A DNA stretch of 64,000 bases from the NCBI RefSeq assembly GCF_046119375.1, contig NW_027362761.1, positions 803,520,001-803,584,000 of the forward strand, read 5' to 3'. This DNA is from Phyllobates terribilis (Eukaryota). This document shows positions 41,201-56,200 of this stretch, piece after piece. The stretch's first letter is position 1; each line of letters opens with the position of its first letter. A program made the position numbers and the translations under genes. The notes beneath the pieces are model-generated. The model was not told the DNA's origin. It did not search any database and was given only the letters and a program-made list of their open reading frames with translations.

Positions 41201-44200
41201 GTGTTGAAATTGTAAAAAAAAAAAAAAAAATGAAATTCCACAAATTTTTTTTTTTATATATTTACCATACTCACCATATGATAAAACTGACCTGGCAATA
41301 TGATTCTCTGAGTCAGTACGAGTACACAGATACCAAACAGGTAGAGGTTTGTTGTTTTTTTTAGCGGTGAAAGAAAAAGTGGAAATTTGTAGTGGGGGGG
41401 GGGGGGGGAAATCACATTTATGTCACAATTTTTTGAGCCCCGTAACAATTTAATTTTCCAGGACGTCCCTCCTGACAGCACCCTCAGGAGGTCGTCCTTG
41501 ATAGGGACAGGAAACACACAAGAGGTTAAAAGGCCCCTCCTTCCACCACCCCTACTCCAGTGATTTCCCTGTCCCTATCAGGGACAGACACAGAAGAGGA
41601 CTCACGTGTGTCAGGAGCTGGAGTTTCTGAAGCCGGACGCATGAGGATCAGGATGGAATCCTCGCATTCCTCCCCTCCCTTCAGCCGAGGTCCGGACGCC
41701 GCCACCCCGCTGAACAAGGGGTCCCTCAGGTTTTCCCGGTTGGAGCGGAGACTACCAGTGAAGAACCGTCTCCCCAGCAAAGGGGGCTCTTGGTTCCAGC
41801 TGCTACAGCCCGCGCACAACTCCGGAGTGCGCCGCATGTGAGGAAGAAGAAGCACTTCCGGTTACAGAGGGAGCGCTGTGCGAACCTCAAGTAACCAACC
41901 TGCATTCCACCATGGAACGCACTTCGGTTTGTTTGAAAAAAATTACGCCAATCCAGAATTAAAGGACAAACGCCGTTTTGTGACGATTCAGATGGAAGAC
42001 AGGTGAGAAATGCTATTTAAAGAGGGGGAGGGGACTGAGGTTATCAGACTGCCAGATCACCAGTAATCGAAGGTCAAACCACTGGTTGCTCTGATACTTC
42101 AGCTGAACCTCCAGTTCATGTAAGTCTGCTGGTTAGTTCCCCTCTTGTCGCCTGTTCCCATCTGTCTACAGTAGTAAATTCTGGTGCGCCTTGTCATTTT
42201 AGGACAAGGTGACGCCTAAAAGACACATGACGACATCAGCTCCTAAGAAAAGAAGATGCGCCATCTGTAATAAACTGCCGGACACATATGGGAAACAGTT
42301 ATGCTCCGTCTGTATCGCCAAAGTAGTAAAAGATGAACATTCTTCCTTTATGTCTAACCTGAGAGCCATAGTGAGAGAGGAAGTCCACAGTACAGTAACA
42401 GACCTAGTATCCCAGCAAGCTCCTCTGGGTGCGCCCCGTCAGAAAAGACCCCGACGGGAGTTAACTTCTCCTCCTCTGCACTGGACGTTATCAGATTTCT
42501 CCAATCCTGATCAGGACAGGGAAGAATCCATCTCAGTTTCCCCAGAGGAGAAGAAAAAATACCTCTTCTCCTGGAAAGATACCAATACACTTTTAGCTGC
42601 AGTGAGGAACACTATGCAAGTAGAAGACACCAACCCTCGTCAGTACAAGATGAGATTTTTGGGGGATTGAGAACAAGCATGAACAGGGTTTTTTCCGTTA
42701 ATAATCACATAAAAGCTATGATTCTGGAAAAGTGGGAGGACATGGAAAAGAGGCTAGTCATTCCCAAAAGCTTCAAAACTCGCCTGCCATTCGAACCAGA
42801 AGACATAAAATTATGGGAAGAAACCCCTCAAATTGATATCCCAATAGCCAGAGTAGTGAAAAAGACATCCATTCCGTTAGTGGACTCGTCATGTCTTAAA
42901 GATTCTATGGATTGGAAGGCAGACAGTCTCCTCAAAAAAACCTGGGAAACCTCCGCCGCAATAATTAAAGCTAACATTGCCTTTACTTCAGTCGCAAGGT
43001 CCATGGTCATATGGTTGGAGCAGCTGGAAGGTCATCTAAAGATGAAAACTTCAAGGAAGGAGATCCTTGACTCCATTCCACTACTTAAGATGGAAACGGG
43101 ATTTATAGCCGATGCATCGGCAGAGTCAATTAGATTTGCTGCCAGGAACGAGGCACTTTCTACATCTATAAGGGCTATATGGCTAAAAACCTGGTCTGGG
43201 GATAGTCACTCTAAAAGCAAATTATGTGCCATTCCTTTTTCGGGCCTCCATGTATTTTGCCCAGTATTGGACAAAATACTAGAGAAGGCTTCTAAATGAA
43301 AAAAAGGGTTTCCCTGAGGAGAAACCTAAGAAAGTATTATCCTTTCTGAGACCACGTTACCAACAGAGGACGGAATACTCCGGGAAAGGAAAGTTGGGTA
43401 GGTGGAGCTACCAGAAGGGAGGTAAAACAAGAAATCCCCTTCCAGCTACGCGTTAACCCGCGTAGACAATGAAGCCAGGAAATTGAGAGGAAGACTCCAA
43501 CATTTAAGCAGGGCATGGAGGGAAGTATCTAAGTCCATGGATTCTCCAATCCATTGCAGAAGGCTACAAAACAGAGTTCGAACACATCATGCAAGAGAAA
43601 TTCTGCTTAACGATGACTCAGTCTCCTCAGGTCTCCAAGACTACAGACAGACGTGAGAAAACTGGTAGACTCAGGAGCAGCAATACCAGTGCCAGAAGCA
43701 GAACAGTTTCTGGGTTACTACTAAAGTCTTATTTCAATAAAAAAAAAAAAAAAACCAGGGGCGATTACCGCACGATTATAAATCTAAAATCCCTAAACAA
43801 ATAAGTTGTTTACAAAAGATTCAAAATGGAATCTATCAGATTGACCATTCCCCTAATCAGATGGAACATGGTGATGTGAGCAATAGACCTCAAGGAGACA
43901 TATTACAATGTACCTATTCACCATCACAGCCAAAATATCTACGATTTGCACTGAAAGAAGGAGACACCATATTACATTACCAATTCACTTGTCTTCCATT
44001 AGGGCTTTCCTCAGCCCCACGCATCTTTACCAAACTGATGGCCGAAGTAATGGCATTCCTCAGAGAACAAGGGATACTAATAATTCAATACCTGGACGAG
44101 TTCCTTGTATTGGCAGAATCTCCGCAGCATCTAAGAACCAGTCTTACCTCAACCATCCTGACCCTAAGAAATCGAGGGTGGATTATAAACTGGGAAAAGT

Positions 44201-47200
44201 CATACATTCCAGAAAGAAAGAAAATCTTTTTTGGGAATCCAACAAATGTCCTTCCTATCGGAAAAGAAACAAAAGGAGCTCAGAGACAGAATCAAAGATT
44301 TCAGGAGAAAATCTAGTCACCATCTGAGAATGAATGAAAATCTTGGGTCTCATGAGAGCCACCATACCGGGGTCAGATGGAGCCAATTCCATTCAAGACA
44401 ACTGCAACATCAAATTTTGTTAACTTGGAGCAGGAAGATTGTGGATCTGGACAAGAGAATATCCTTGTCAAAAATAATGAGGAGATCAGTGACATGGTGG
44501 TCCTCCAAGAACAACATACAGAAAGGAGTCATATGGAGATCAGCTCCATTCGTCAAGGTCACTACCGACGCAAGCAGTAGTGACTGAGGAGCTCACGTAA
44601 ACAATCAGTACATACAAGGCACCTGACAAGAGCAGGATCTTCCCAGATCGTCAAATCTGCGAGAGCTTCAGGCAGTCTGGAAGACATTGAGAAGATGTCA
44701 GAAGCAGTTAAGGAGTCAGCATGTCAGGGTGTTAACTGACAACATAACGACAGTGGCCTTAGCAGGAAAAAATTTCCAGTGGGCAGAAAAATCAATCCTT
44801 TCCTTAACAGCAATACATCTAAAGGGTTCCCGGAATACTATAGCAGATTTCCTCAGTCGAAAAACAGTTCTACAGTCAGAATGGGAGTTAAACTGGGAGG
44901 TACTTCATCACATAACACATCAATGGGGCATTCCCCAATGGGATCTATTCGCTACATGGAAAAATGCAAAAGGCGGAAAAATTCTTCTCCCTCAACACAA
45001 GAGACGGCCCTATGAGGATAGATGCCTTATCTCAGAAGTGGAACATGGACCTAGCTTACACTTTCCCTCCTTTGCCCTTAATACTAAGAAAGATTCAGGT
45101 GGATCAGGCCAGAGTGATGATAAGCCTATCCTTCTGGCCCAGGAGAAGCTGGTTCCCCTTGCTGAGGAAGATGTCCTTGGAAGATCCAATAATCCTTCCA
45201 GAGAGGCGAGACTTGCTATTTCAGGGTCTGATATACCATCCCCATGTGAAATTTCTTTAACTTTCAGCCTGGATCCTGAAAGGCAAATTATAAGATCCAG
45301 AGGGCTGTTAGATTCTGTCATCTAAGCCAGTGACATCGGCGATCTACACAAAAATTTGGAAGAAATTCTGTTCACAATATCAACCAAAATCAGAAAGTTC
45401 AGATGCAGACTTTCCTAAAATATTAGAATTCCTACAGATCGGGTTTGAGAAAGGCCTAAGGCTTAGCACCTTAAAAGTGCAGATTGCGGAATTAAGTGCT
45501 TTCATGGATTACCCACTAGCCTGCCTTCCATGGGTCAAAAGATTCACTAAGGCCACAACAAGACTAAAACCAACTATTAAATCCTATGTCCCACCATGGG
45601 ACTTAAACATAGTCCTGAGGAGTTTCTGTGACCAACCTTACGAGCTCCTACAGGAGTCGAGCATAAAATTTCTCTCCCTTAAAACTGTGTTCTTAGTGGC
45701 AATTACAGCAAGACGGATAGGGGAAATTCAGGCCTTTTCAATTAAAAAGACCCATACCTGAGATGCCTGGACGACTGTTATCCTCAGAACAGATCCAGCT
45801 TTTTTGCTAAAAGTAGTAACCCTTTCCATATGAATCAGGAGGTGGTATTGCCATCTTTCTGCCACGACTACAAAAATGACCAAGAATTAACATTTCACTC
45901 GCTAGATGTTAGAAGGGTGGTTCTACAGTACTTAGAAGTCACAAAAGACTGGCGTATAGACTCCAACCTGTTTACAATTTGGGGGGGGGGGGAACAAGGG
46001 AAAGAAGGTTACCACATCAACACTGGCAAGATGGGTCACATCTGTAATAAGTCTGGCCTATTCATCTGAAGGAATTTCCCCACCAGAGAACATCAGAGCC
46101 CATTCCACCAGAGCTATATCTACATCATGGGCAGAAAGAGCTGGGGCCTCGTTAGACCAAATCTGCAACATGGACAAATCTGAGCCCTTCTGCAGACATT
46201 ATAAATTGGACATTCTATCGGGTCAAAAGATGGCCTTCGGAAAGAAAGGCCTCCCTAAAATGTATACTCTGGTATTCTTCTGAGGGTGCTGTCAGGAGGG
46301 ACGTCCTGGAAAGTAGGCATTAGACCTACCGGTAATAGGTTTTCCAGGAGTCCCTCATGACAGCACCCATTATATTGCCTCCCTAAAATATTCTGAACGG
46401 TTATGTGAAGGTAACATAGGTTGTAGGAAAGCAAATAAAATAGAGTTGCATCCATCCTGGTGTGGTACTTGAAAAATCACTGGAGTGAGTGGAGGGAGGG
46501 GCCTTTTTAACCTCTTGTGTGTTTCCTGTCCCTACAAGGATCTGAAGGACGACCTCCTGAGGGTGCTGTCATCAGGGACTACTGGAAACCTTATTACCGG
46601 CAGATCTAATGCCTACCTTTTTTTGGGATCTAGGGATGTATGAGGGCTTATTTTTTGCACCCTGAGCTGACTATTACTATTGATACTATTTTGAGGTAGA
46701 TACAATGTTTTGTTCACCCATTATTGCATTTCATTGCAATGTTGCGGCGGCCAAAAAAACGTAATTCTGGTGTTTTGAATTTTTTTTTCTTATTACGCTG
46801 TTTACCGATCGGAATTATTTTTTTATATTTTGATAGATCGGGAGATTCTGAACAAAGCGATACCAAATGTGTATTTTTTAATATTTGAATTAATTAAAAC
46901 ATATTGTAACTGATAACTGGGCATAATGACACTTTGAAAAATCATTTCATATACCTTCAGTTCTTCTTGAAAACTTGTACACATAGCAGTGATTTTATCC
47001 ACTTCCTTTAACGTGCCATCATCATTAAAAAACTCCGATCTGCCAAAATAAAGCATGCCATGTTAATTAAATATACAAAGCGGAGTTAGGGGATTTAGTC
47101 AAAGAATAAAATCTTCATTTTTTTTAATTATAGACTTTTTTCAACTATAATATTGATTTTTCTCCTTTCTTTTAGCTAAACTTATATATTTGAACTATTT

Positions 47201-50200
47201 TTAAACCTAAGAACTAATATCCCCTCTATTGGTGCTTTTGTGGCAATGGCTCCTGATGAAGGTCTCGTATCCTGGCCTTCAGCAATGTGTTGTCACATGA
47301 GATTGCTGCAGCCATCATGTGTGGATATAACACATTGCCATCAGAAAGAATTGTAATCAGCACAGAAGTCAGAAAATAAAGGCAGTGGGAACAATATTGA
47401 AAAAAATCCATTAAATAAATCCACCCACGCCATACAACTAGGGTATATGCGCATGTTCAGAATTTGCAACAGAAAAATCTGCTGCAAATACTGATGTTGG
47501 CCGGAAAAACACTGCATGAAATATGCTTTCCCACCCCCATTCATTTGGATAGATAAAAAATGCTGCAAAAACAATGAAAGTTGACATGCTGCAGATTGGA
47601 AAAAATAAGCTACATGTGCATGAGAATTCAGGAATCTCATACACGTTCCTGGTACGTATAAAAAAATAACGTGCACATACCCTCATGTTTACATTTTCAC
47701 AATGAGTTTTTTACACTATGTATTTTCGCTATGCCAAAAATTCACAGTATCACAATTCCAGAAAAGTGGATGAAATTTATAGAAATCTGATACCCGCTGT
47801 TTGTTTTTTCTCACCGGGTAAAAAAAAAAAAAAATGCACGTAAAATCGCACATGACTGAATCGATAACGGTTTTGTCAAAGCCAAAATACCAGGAAGTAT
47901 CAAAAACAAATCCGTTTTATTTTAAAACATGCCATACCGAAAATGCACTTAAAGGATTTTAATAAATGAATAAAGGTTATATATATTAAATATTTCTATA
48001 TATCCACACTTCTCCTACTTCCCCTTTCCCCTAATCTAATATGACCATTTTGGTGGTGCACACCTGTGGATATAGATCTGATGAGAATAGACCATCTCTT
48101 TGACATACCGAAAAGAGACAAACCACAGCGTCAAAAATGCATGTTAAAATAAAAAAATGCATTCAAAACCGCAATGAAAACAACGCAAGAAACCTAATAG
48201 GTGCAGAAAATCTGCAACAGCAAGAATTCAAATACTCATCATGGGAATGTGGTCTAAATATGAAAAGTAGCAGGACGTCAGCATAAATCGCTTTTTTCAG
48301 GCAGGGGATACAAAACGGCAATCTCTCAGCTTACACAGAAGCCTTAGGCTTAGTGCCCACGATGCAGAAATGAAGCAGAAATTTTCCTGAGCATTTCTGC
48401 ATCTCCTTGGCAGAAAAACGCATGCGGTTTTTCCATGCGTCTTTGACACGTATTTGCCATGCGTTTTTCCAATGCATTGTATAGGCAAATACGCATGCAG
48501 AAACGCACAAGAATTGGTCATGTCCGGATTTTTTCTGCGAGTAAAATCTGCGCAGAAAAAATACGGACCATGTGCACAGAACTTGCAGAATGTCATAGGA
48601 AGTCATGGGATAAGGTATGCAATGTGTTTCTGGAGCGTTTACGCGCTGCAAATACGCACAAAAAAATGCACCAAAAACGCATCCTGGGCACACAGCCTAA
48701 ATCAAGTGTGGAACATCACATTTTCTGGATTCTGTGCCTGAACAATGGGGATGTCTTTCTACAACTTGTTTTTGAAAGCAGGATACAGAGACAGGCAGGG
48801 GGCAAATGGAAGCGTATTGCATATAACCGCCAGAGGAGGCAAGGAAGTATGCAAAAACAAGAAAAAGATTAGCACCAAAATCTGCTTGCCTTGTGTGCAC
48901 AGATGTCAAGCATTTTCCAGCAGTTTTCTTAGGATTTGCTGTGGAAACTTTTTATAAAACACAAGTACTAAGTGACATTTTTCCACCACATATTTTTATG
49001 CACTTGTAAACTGGTCTAACTGGGGTGGGCTGAACGCCAGAAAAGGGGTCAAGAATTCTCTTTTATTTCAATTTATGGAAGGCATGTGTGAGGAAGTTAA
49101 CCCTTACCCCATGCAGATAAAAACAATACAGGGGTTAGCACAGAGCCTGGATGCAGAAGTGGAGGTGAGGGTTAGTTAATGGAGCACACTAGCAGTGATG
49201 GAGATACAAGGGGTGACATAATTATTTCATCTTCTCCAGGCACCTTCATAAGATTAACCCCTTTCTGATGTGTAGCATAATAGTACGCCCCACATCAGAT
49301 ACCCGTTTGGTGCAGGCTCCGGCACTGAGCCCGCACATTTCCGGGCATATGTTAGTTGATCTATACAGCGGATATGTGCCCGCAACAGATGCAAGTGGAA
49401 TCGTGACCCCCCCCGGCGGCTGTTAACTAGTTAAATGTCGCTGTCACTCGTACTTCCAGGAAGCACGTCATTGGCCCCGCCCATCGGTGACCCCGTCACA
49501 TGATCATGGGTCACCGATGGGTTGGCATGACAATCCGGGGTCTGCAGGTGACCCCTGTGGTTGTCATTGCCAGATTGCTATGAGCGCCGCCCAGTGGTCG
49601 GCGCTCATAACAAGTGAGCAATTCTGCTACACAGGCGATCTGATCATCGCCTGTATGTAGCAGAGGGGATCAGACAATTGCAGCTTCTAGTCTATTCTAG
49701 AGACTATTGAAACATGCAAAAAGTGTAAAAAAAAAACAAAGTTTTTAAAAATATATAAAATCACCCCCCTTTCGCCCCATTCAAAATAAAACAATAAAAA
49801 AGAAACCGCACACATATTTGGTATCGCCGGGTTCAGAATTGCCCGATCTAGGAGTATGAAAAAAGAATTAATCTGTTCTGTAAACAGCGTAACAAGAAAA
49901 AAAATTCTAAAAGCCAGAATTACGTTTTTTTTGGTCGCCACAACTTTGCAAAAGAATACAATAACAGGCAATGAAAACATTGTATCTACCCCAAAATGGT
50001 ATCAATAAAAGCGTCAGCTCGGCACACAAAAAATAAGCCCTCATCCAACCCCAGATCACGAAAAATAGAGACGCTACAGGTCTCCGAAAAAGGCGCTTTT
50101 TTTTTTTTTTTTTTTTTTTTAAATACAAACTTTGGATTTTTTTTTCATCACTTAAATGAAAAAGAACCTATACATGTTTGGTGTCTACGAACTCATAAAT

Positions 50201-53200
50201 GACCTGGAGAATAATAATGGCAGGTCAGTTTTAGCATTCAGTGAACGTGGAAAGAAAAAAAAAAAAAACACAACTGTGGAATTGCACTTTTTTTGCAATT
50301 TCACCTCACTTAGAATTAAGGACCTCAGTAAGTTCGCCCCCCGCAGCAGCACTGCCTGACAATTGGCAAATTGTTATTATTTTAAGTGATTGCCACGTCG
50401 GCCTTAAAGAGGATATCTGGTTTCATGAAAACCAGTCGCCACCCTCCCTTTAGCAATGATGTGTAGCTGACACTTCTGCACCTACCTGTGATTTGTAACT
50501 GCACGGTTAAATCCAGAAGACATAGAGGATCCAAATAAAGAGCTGTATCCCTGTTGTTCTGACAACCCTAAGTTGGCAATTATAAGAGGCACTTTCTGTA
50601 AAAGACTGGGAGAATAAGAAAAACGTCAAGAAGGAGAACCAAGCGCATATCCACATGCATCAGATTTGTTATTCATTTTTCTGCACCTGATGGCAGATGT
50701 GTGGCAGAAAGACAGCCACGTGTTATCTTATGCAAAATGTTCTAATATACAATACACATACTGTATAGATTTTTTACAATATACACCTATTTCATAGAAC
50801 ACAAGTGCCAATATAGCACTATTTAATTACATATGAGTAACCCTTTTGCTGCCAGAACAAATTTTTTTACACTTTTTTCACATAGAAAATATTAATAAAT
50901 TCAAATTAAAATGTATTGATTTGTATAAAAAAAAAAAAAAAATACACGATTGGTAAGAGGGCTAATAAAATGAAGAAAAGATTCTGCTGCAGGAAAACAT
51001 GTTTTCCCTGATCCAGTGTTTCTGTTGCCACATTGTAACAGTACTTTGTAATATAAGCAGTATACTCTGTATGGCCAGAATCTAACTACCTTGAAAACCG
51101 AAAATTAATCTGAGCTAGAAACTTATTTTATCATTAACAACTAGACACAGGATGGAAGATACCGGTTATCCAAAATTTTTCTTCAGTTTACCAAAACAGC
51201 AGGAAATGCAATACATAAATAATAATATTATTAATACTTTACCCCCTTAAGAAGACCTGTCACTAGGTCAAAAGTAGCCAGTTTTTTCTCTTATTTTATG
51301 CCAGTTTCTCTCAAGTATTTCTTTTTTGTTTTTAATGTATCAGTCATACGGTTCCAGAGATATGCGCCTTTTTGCTTAGTGATCACGATTATGGTCTTTA
51401 AGTGGGGGCGTGGCTCTCAGGGTAATAAAGCAGAGCAGCCTAAAGACACGCCCCCAGGGAATCCTGCGAGCCACGCCCCCAGGGAATCCTGCGAGCCACG
51501 CCCCCAGGGAATCCTGCGAGCCACGCCCCCTTGGTAAACACCACAACAATTAGCATTAAATAAAAAAGCCTGGAATCGTATAGCGAATTTAACAAAAAAC
51601 ATAATACTAAGGGGAGCAGTGGGAATAACATAAGAGCTAATATGAGCCACTTTTGACCTAGTGACAAGTCTTCTTTAAATCCCTGCTGGCGCCATCCTGC
51701 TACAATAGATTCCATCAGTCTTTGCTTACTTCCCTGCACTGATGACATGTGGTTCATGTACATGTGACATCCGCAGCCAATCACTGGCCTCAGCAGTGCC
51801 ACCTGCATATGCAGAATGAGACGTTTACAGGCATGGCTGGCAAGTCATCAATGTTGGATTGGGAAAGACAGGCAGAGATCACCAAAACATCAGCGATGGA
51901 CCAGCAGGGATTCATAAGGGGAGTAATAGCTGATTTTTATTTTATACAGATGCACTTACTGATCTTGGGGTTTATGTAAAGCGTACTCCATGAGATGAGT
52001 AGATTCGGTCTCTGTAGTAGAGTGTGACGTGACCAATAAGAAAACAAGTTCTGGATTAGACAAGCAAGTCTGAAGGTTATGATGCAAAACCTTCTCCCTG
52101 AAACTTATCGTTTGTTCAGTGTTATGGCGAAATTTATACCATCCAATCACGTCCTATCACCACAAAAAAAAAGAGTAAATGCAGTCAGTATTACAGAAGC
52201 AGCTTTTTAAATATGCAACACAACAGCAAAGCAACTTTATTTAGACTAGTTATTAATCAGCCCAACATAATAAACTACAGGGTGGCAGATTATATATGAT
52301 AGTGTTTGAAACGCTATGTTCACACTGAAAGCTACGAGGATATGACAAAAAGTGTTTTCTGACAGTCAGTTAGGGTTCTGCCATTATTTACTGCAAGAAC
52401 AGCTCTGCAATTTGCAACATTCTTGCCTAAAAATCCTAGGAAAGTGAAGATTAAATTATAGGTTCAGGCTCTTTTTAAAGAGGACCTTTCAGTAGTTTGA
52501 GCATGTTATACTGGCCACATCACAGTATAGTGGCTGCAGAGCTGAGTAACATATACAGTAGTTTTCAGGGCTGTGGAATCATTAAGCCAAAGCTCCAACT
52601 CCTCAATTTCCCTGACTCCCGACTCCACAGCACTGCCTCACTACTGAGCGGGTACATGAAGTGCAGCACAGATTCATCTCAACTAAAAGCAGAGATCCTT
52701 ACATCAGTAACAGAACAGACATTTCATAACTTTCCCAAATTCTTATGAAAAAATATTCCCCACAAACTGCATGGTACTACTGTACCCAATTTATTATGTA
52801 TCTTAGGAGTCGGACCATTTCATACTGGCTGCGACTCCGACTCCACAGCCTTGCTAGTTTTTATATTTTAGATTTCTTCTCCCCATTGTGGAAATATTAG
52901 CTTCTAAAGTTTGGGTCATATTTTATAAGAGAGAGACTATTACGAGAGATTTGTGTACTTTTTCCCCTGCATGACTCCTCCTTATTGGCTGAGTCATGCA
53001 GGAGAAAAAAATAACACACCCCTTAGAAAGTCAGAAGAGCACTATGTAAGATATGTTATGATTCCCAGAATCGTCAGGGGGCCCAACAGTCAAGCCTTAG
53101 CTATCATATATCTTAGCAATATGAGAACATGATTATTTTTAAGCAATAACTGAAGCATAATTTAACTTATACCTGACTACTTGGATTGCTAAACTACAAT

Positions 53201-56200
53201 AAAAATAGGAATTTTTAAGGGAGACCCAGCAAAGACATTAAAAATGCTTTTGCATATATAACAATATTTTCTTCAACTCTTGCTTTGCTGAACTTAAGCT
53301 GACTACTTATTACATGAGCGGTCATTCATTTAAATTACCAACATGTAGTACTCCACCACAGAAAAAAAAATATGTATGGGAAGTCACAATTTCTTCTGGT
53401 GATATCACCAAATCAATGGGCTGGCATAATTGGAAAAGTATTTACAACTTTTATAAAGCAGACAGAAATCCCAATCATAGTTACATGTCTTGTAATGAGG
53501 AAATATTATAAATATATATATTACATCCATGCCCGACTTTAGGTTGGTTACCTTTTCTTGGCCAGCAAGTAGCTTCTGTAATGCACGCTTGTTCAATTCA
53601 CCCACTCCACTGTAAAACCTATACATATTTACATACCATTAGACATTCAGAACAGTATTCCTGGAGTTCAGTTTAAACAGAATTGAAATAGTTAAAAGAT
53701 GCTGCTTATTTAAAGGGGGACCATCTGCTATCATGGAGTCAAGCACTGCTGGTGGTAAATGGGCCTGGTGCTGTGACTGTCAGGGAAAGTGAAGGCAATG
53801 TTTGACTATTGAGGATAGTAAATGAAGGACACGGTTGTGATTAGAGGGCAGAGGGGGTTATAGGTAATGCTGTGACTACTTGGGAGTGCAGCAAAATATC
53901 AAGTTATCTGAATAACTAGTTAAAGGGACTCTGTCAAGAGGATCATCGCTCCTAAGCCGTCTTTGTGGGCATGCAGGTCATAAGAAGCTGAATAACATGA
54001 TACCTTGATATCTGCGATCCAATGCCTTATTCCAGAGAATCCAAGTTTTTCTTATATGTAAATGAGCTGGTCTGTGATATGGGATGGACACTAATCTGCA
54101 TGAGAATCTGAGTCCAGAGATTATTATAAATGAAAGGGGAGATTACTAGCGTGAGACATGTAACTAACAGGACAGTAGAACTGAACTTTTTCTCATTACA
54201 AACACATTTGCTGCAGCTCACAGCAACACTACTGCAGGTTTGTCTGCTTGTGAGATGGAAGCTGAAGCTGAGAGGAAACGGCAGATGTATCAGTTATCAC
54301 ATAAATCTGAAGGGAGACGAAGAGAGCAGATTGTCAGTCATTACATGTCTCACACTGGTAATGCCTCCTTTTATTTACAATAAACTGCGGAGGCAGATTC
54401 TCATGCAGATCAGTGTCCGGCCCATAGATCTTAAAAGCTTATTTACATATAAGAAAAACGTGGATTCTCTGGAATAAGATATCAGCTTGCAGATATCAAG
54501 GTATTATTTTATTCAGCTTCCTATGACCTACATGCCCATATAGACGCTTAGGAGGGAAATCCTACTGACAGATAGCCTTTAAATACTTAATGAAAATGGG
54601 CACCTGGATTGCACATCAAAATATTATACATTGATCTACTGAGTCTAAGCTAAGTTTTCAAAACTGAACAGGAGATTCTTAGTTAACATTTTGATCAAAG
54701 TGTATAAGCCCACTGCGACATCACAACAAATTCCCCATTCTATTGTGTGCAGCCCTGCACAGTGACCAGAGCTGGAACACGGTACCAGCATGGATAGCAA
54801 CCCAGGTGCCTACCAGCACCCATGCTGCCAAGCAAAGCCCACAGGGCTCATTTGGTGTTGGACCTGAATGGCAGCCATTGTTGCTGTGTCTTAGGGGTAA
54901 TGTGCACCATAGCTTTAAGGGCTTTGTCTACTAGCATGTGTGCTCTTGGGCACAAGGATCGCTGCACATATGGTGCTGTGAAAGTGGTAGTAACTATGTA
55001 GTGCTGCACCCAATAGAGTATAGAATCAATTAACCCCTTGCTGACATGACGTACTGGTAAGTCATATGCCAGCTCCCTAACTTTGATTTCAGGCTCAGAA
55101 ACTAAACCCACATTTTTGTCGGTAGATGATGACAGTGATATTCAGCCATCATCTGCCACCAATAGTCAAGCATGGAGCAAAGCTCTGCCCGTGGCTCAAA
55201 ATGCCACTGTCAATGCAGAATGTGTCCCAGGGGGCCTGCTCTTCTACCTGACCACAAGTGCCCCTATGACGCGATCGCTGGACACACATGGGTTGCCATG
55301 ATAGATCTGCTGAAGACCCATGTGGCTGTAATGAAGGTACTCCTGTGAAAGCCATCCTGTGGCTGCCATTCATTGGAGACCATGATTTTTGCCATATACA
55401 GCAATACTATAGTATTTGCCAAAGTCCCCTGAAGATACTAACAAAAATGTATTTATTAAAGTTTTAAAATATAATAAAATATATAAAAAAGTTCAAATCA
55501 CCCTCTTTTTACTCCATTTAAAATCAAGAATAAAAGAAAACGTATGTGGTATCAATAAATTCATAAAAGTCCCATCTATAAAAATAAGAAATTAATTAAC
55601 CCCATTGTTAAATGGCGTAATGAGGAAAAAGTAAAAATCAAAAAGCCAGAATCGTGTTTTTTTGGCAGTCACCGCAAACAAAAAAAAAATGCAATAAGAG
55701 GCAATCAAAACATCATATCTGCCTCAAAATGGTACCAATAAAAACATCGGCTCTGGGCGCAAAATATAATCCCTCAAACAGCTCCATTACCCCAAAATTT
55801 AAAATGGCTCTTGGAATATGGTGACACAAGCGAGATTTTTGTCTACAAATCCCTGAATTTTTCTCACCACTAAAAAATGGGCATGTTTGGCATATCTTTA
55901 ATCGTAATGACCTTGAGAATCATATTTCCATGTCATTCATATGGTATAATGAACAATGTAGATAAAGAACCCCCCGCCCCCCCCCAAAAAAAGTGGAATT
56001 GTGCTTTTTTTTTTGCTGAACTTGGAATTTTTTCCCACTTTCCGGTACATAACATGATAAAGTGGATTATGTCATTCTAAATGATAACTCCTCCCGCAAA
56101 AAAAACAAGCCCTCACATGGCTATAACAAAGGATGAATAAAGTTATGTCTCTTTGAAGAAGAGCAAGAAGAAAAAACCAAAGCGCAAAAAAAAAAGAAAA

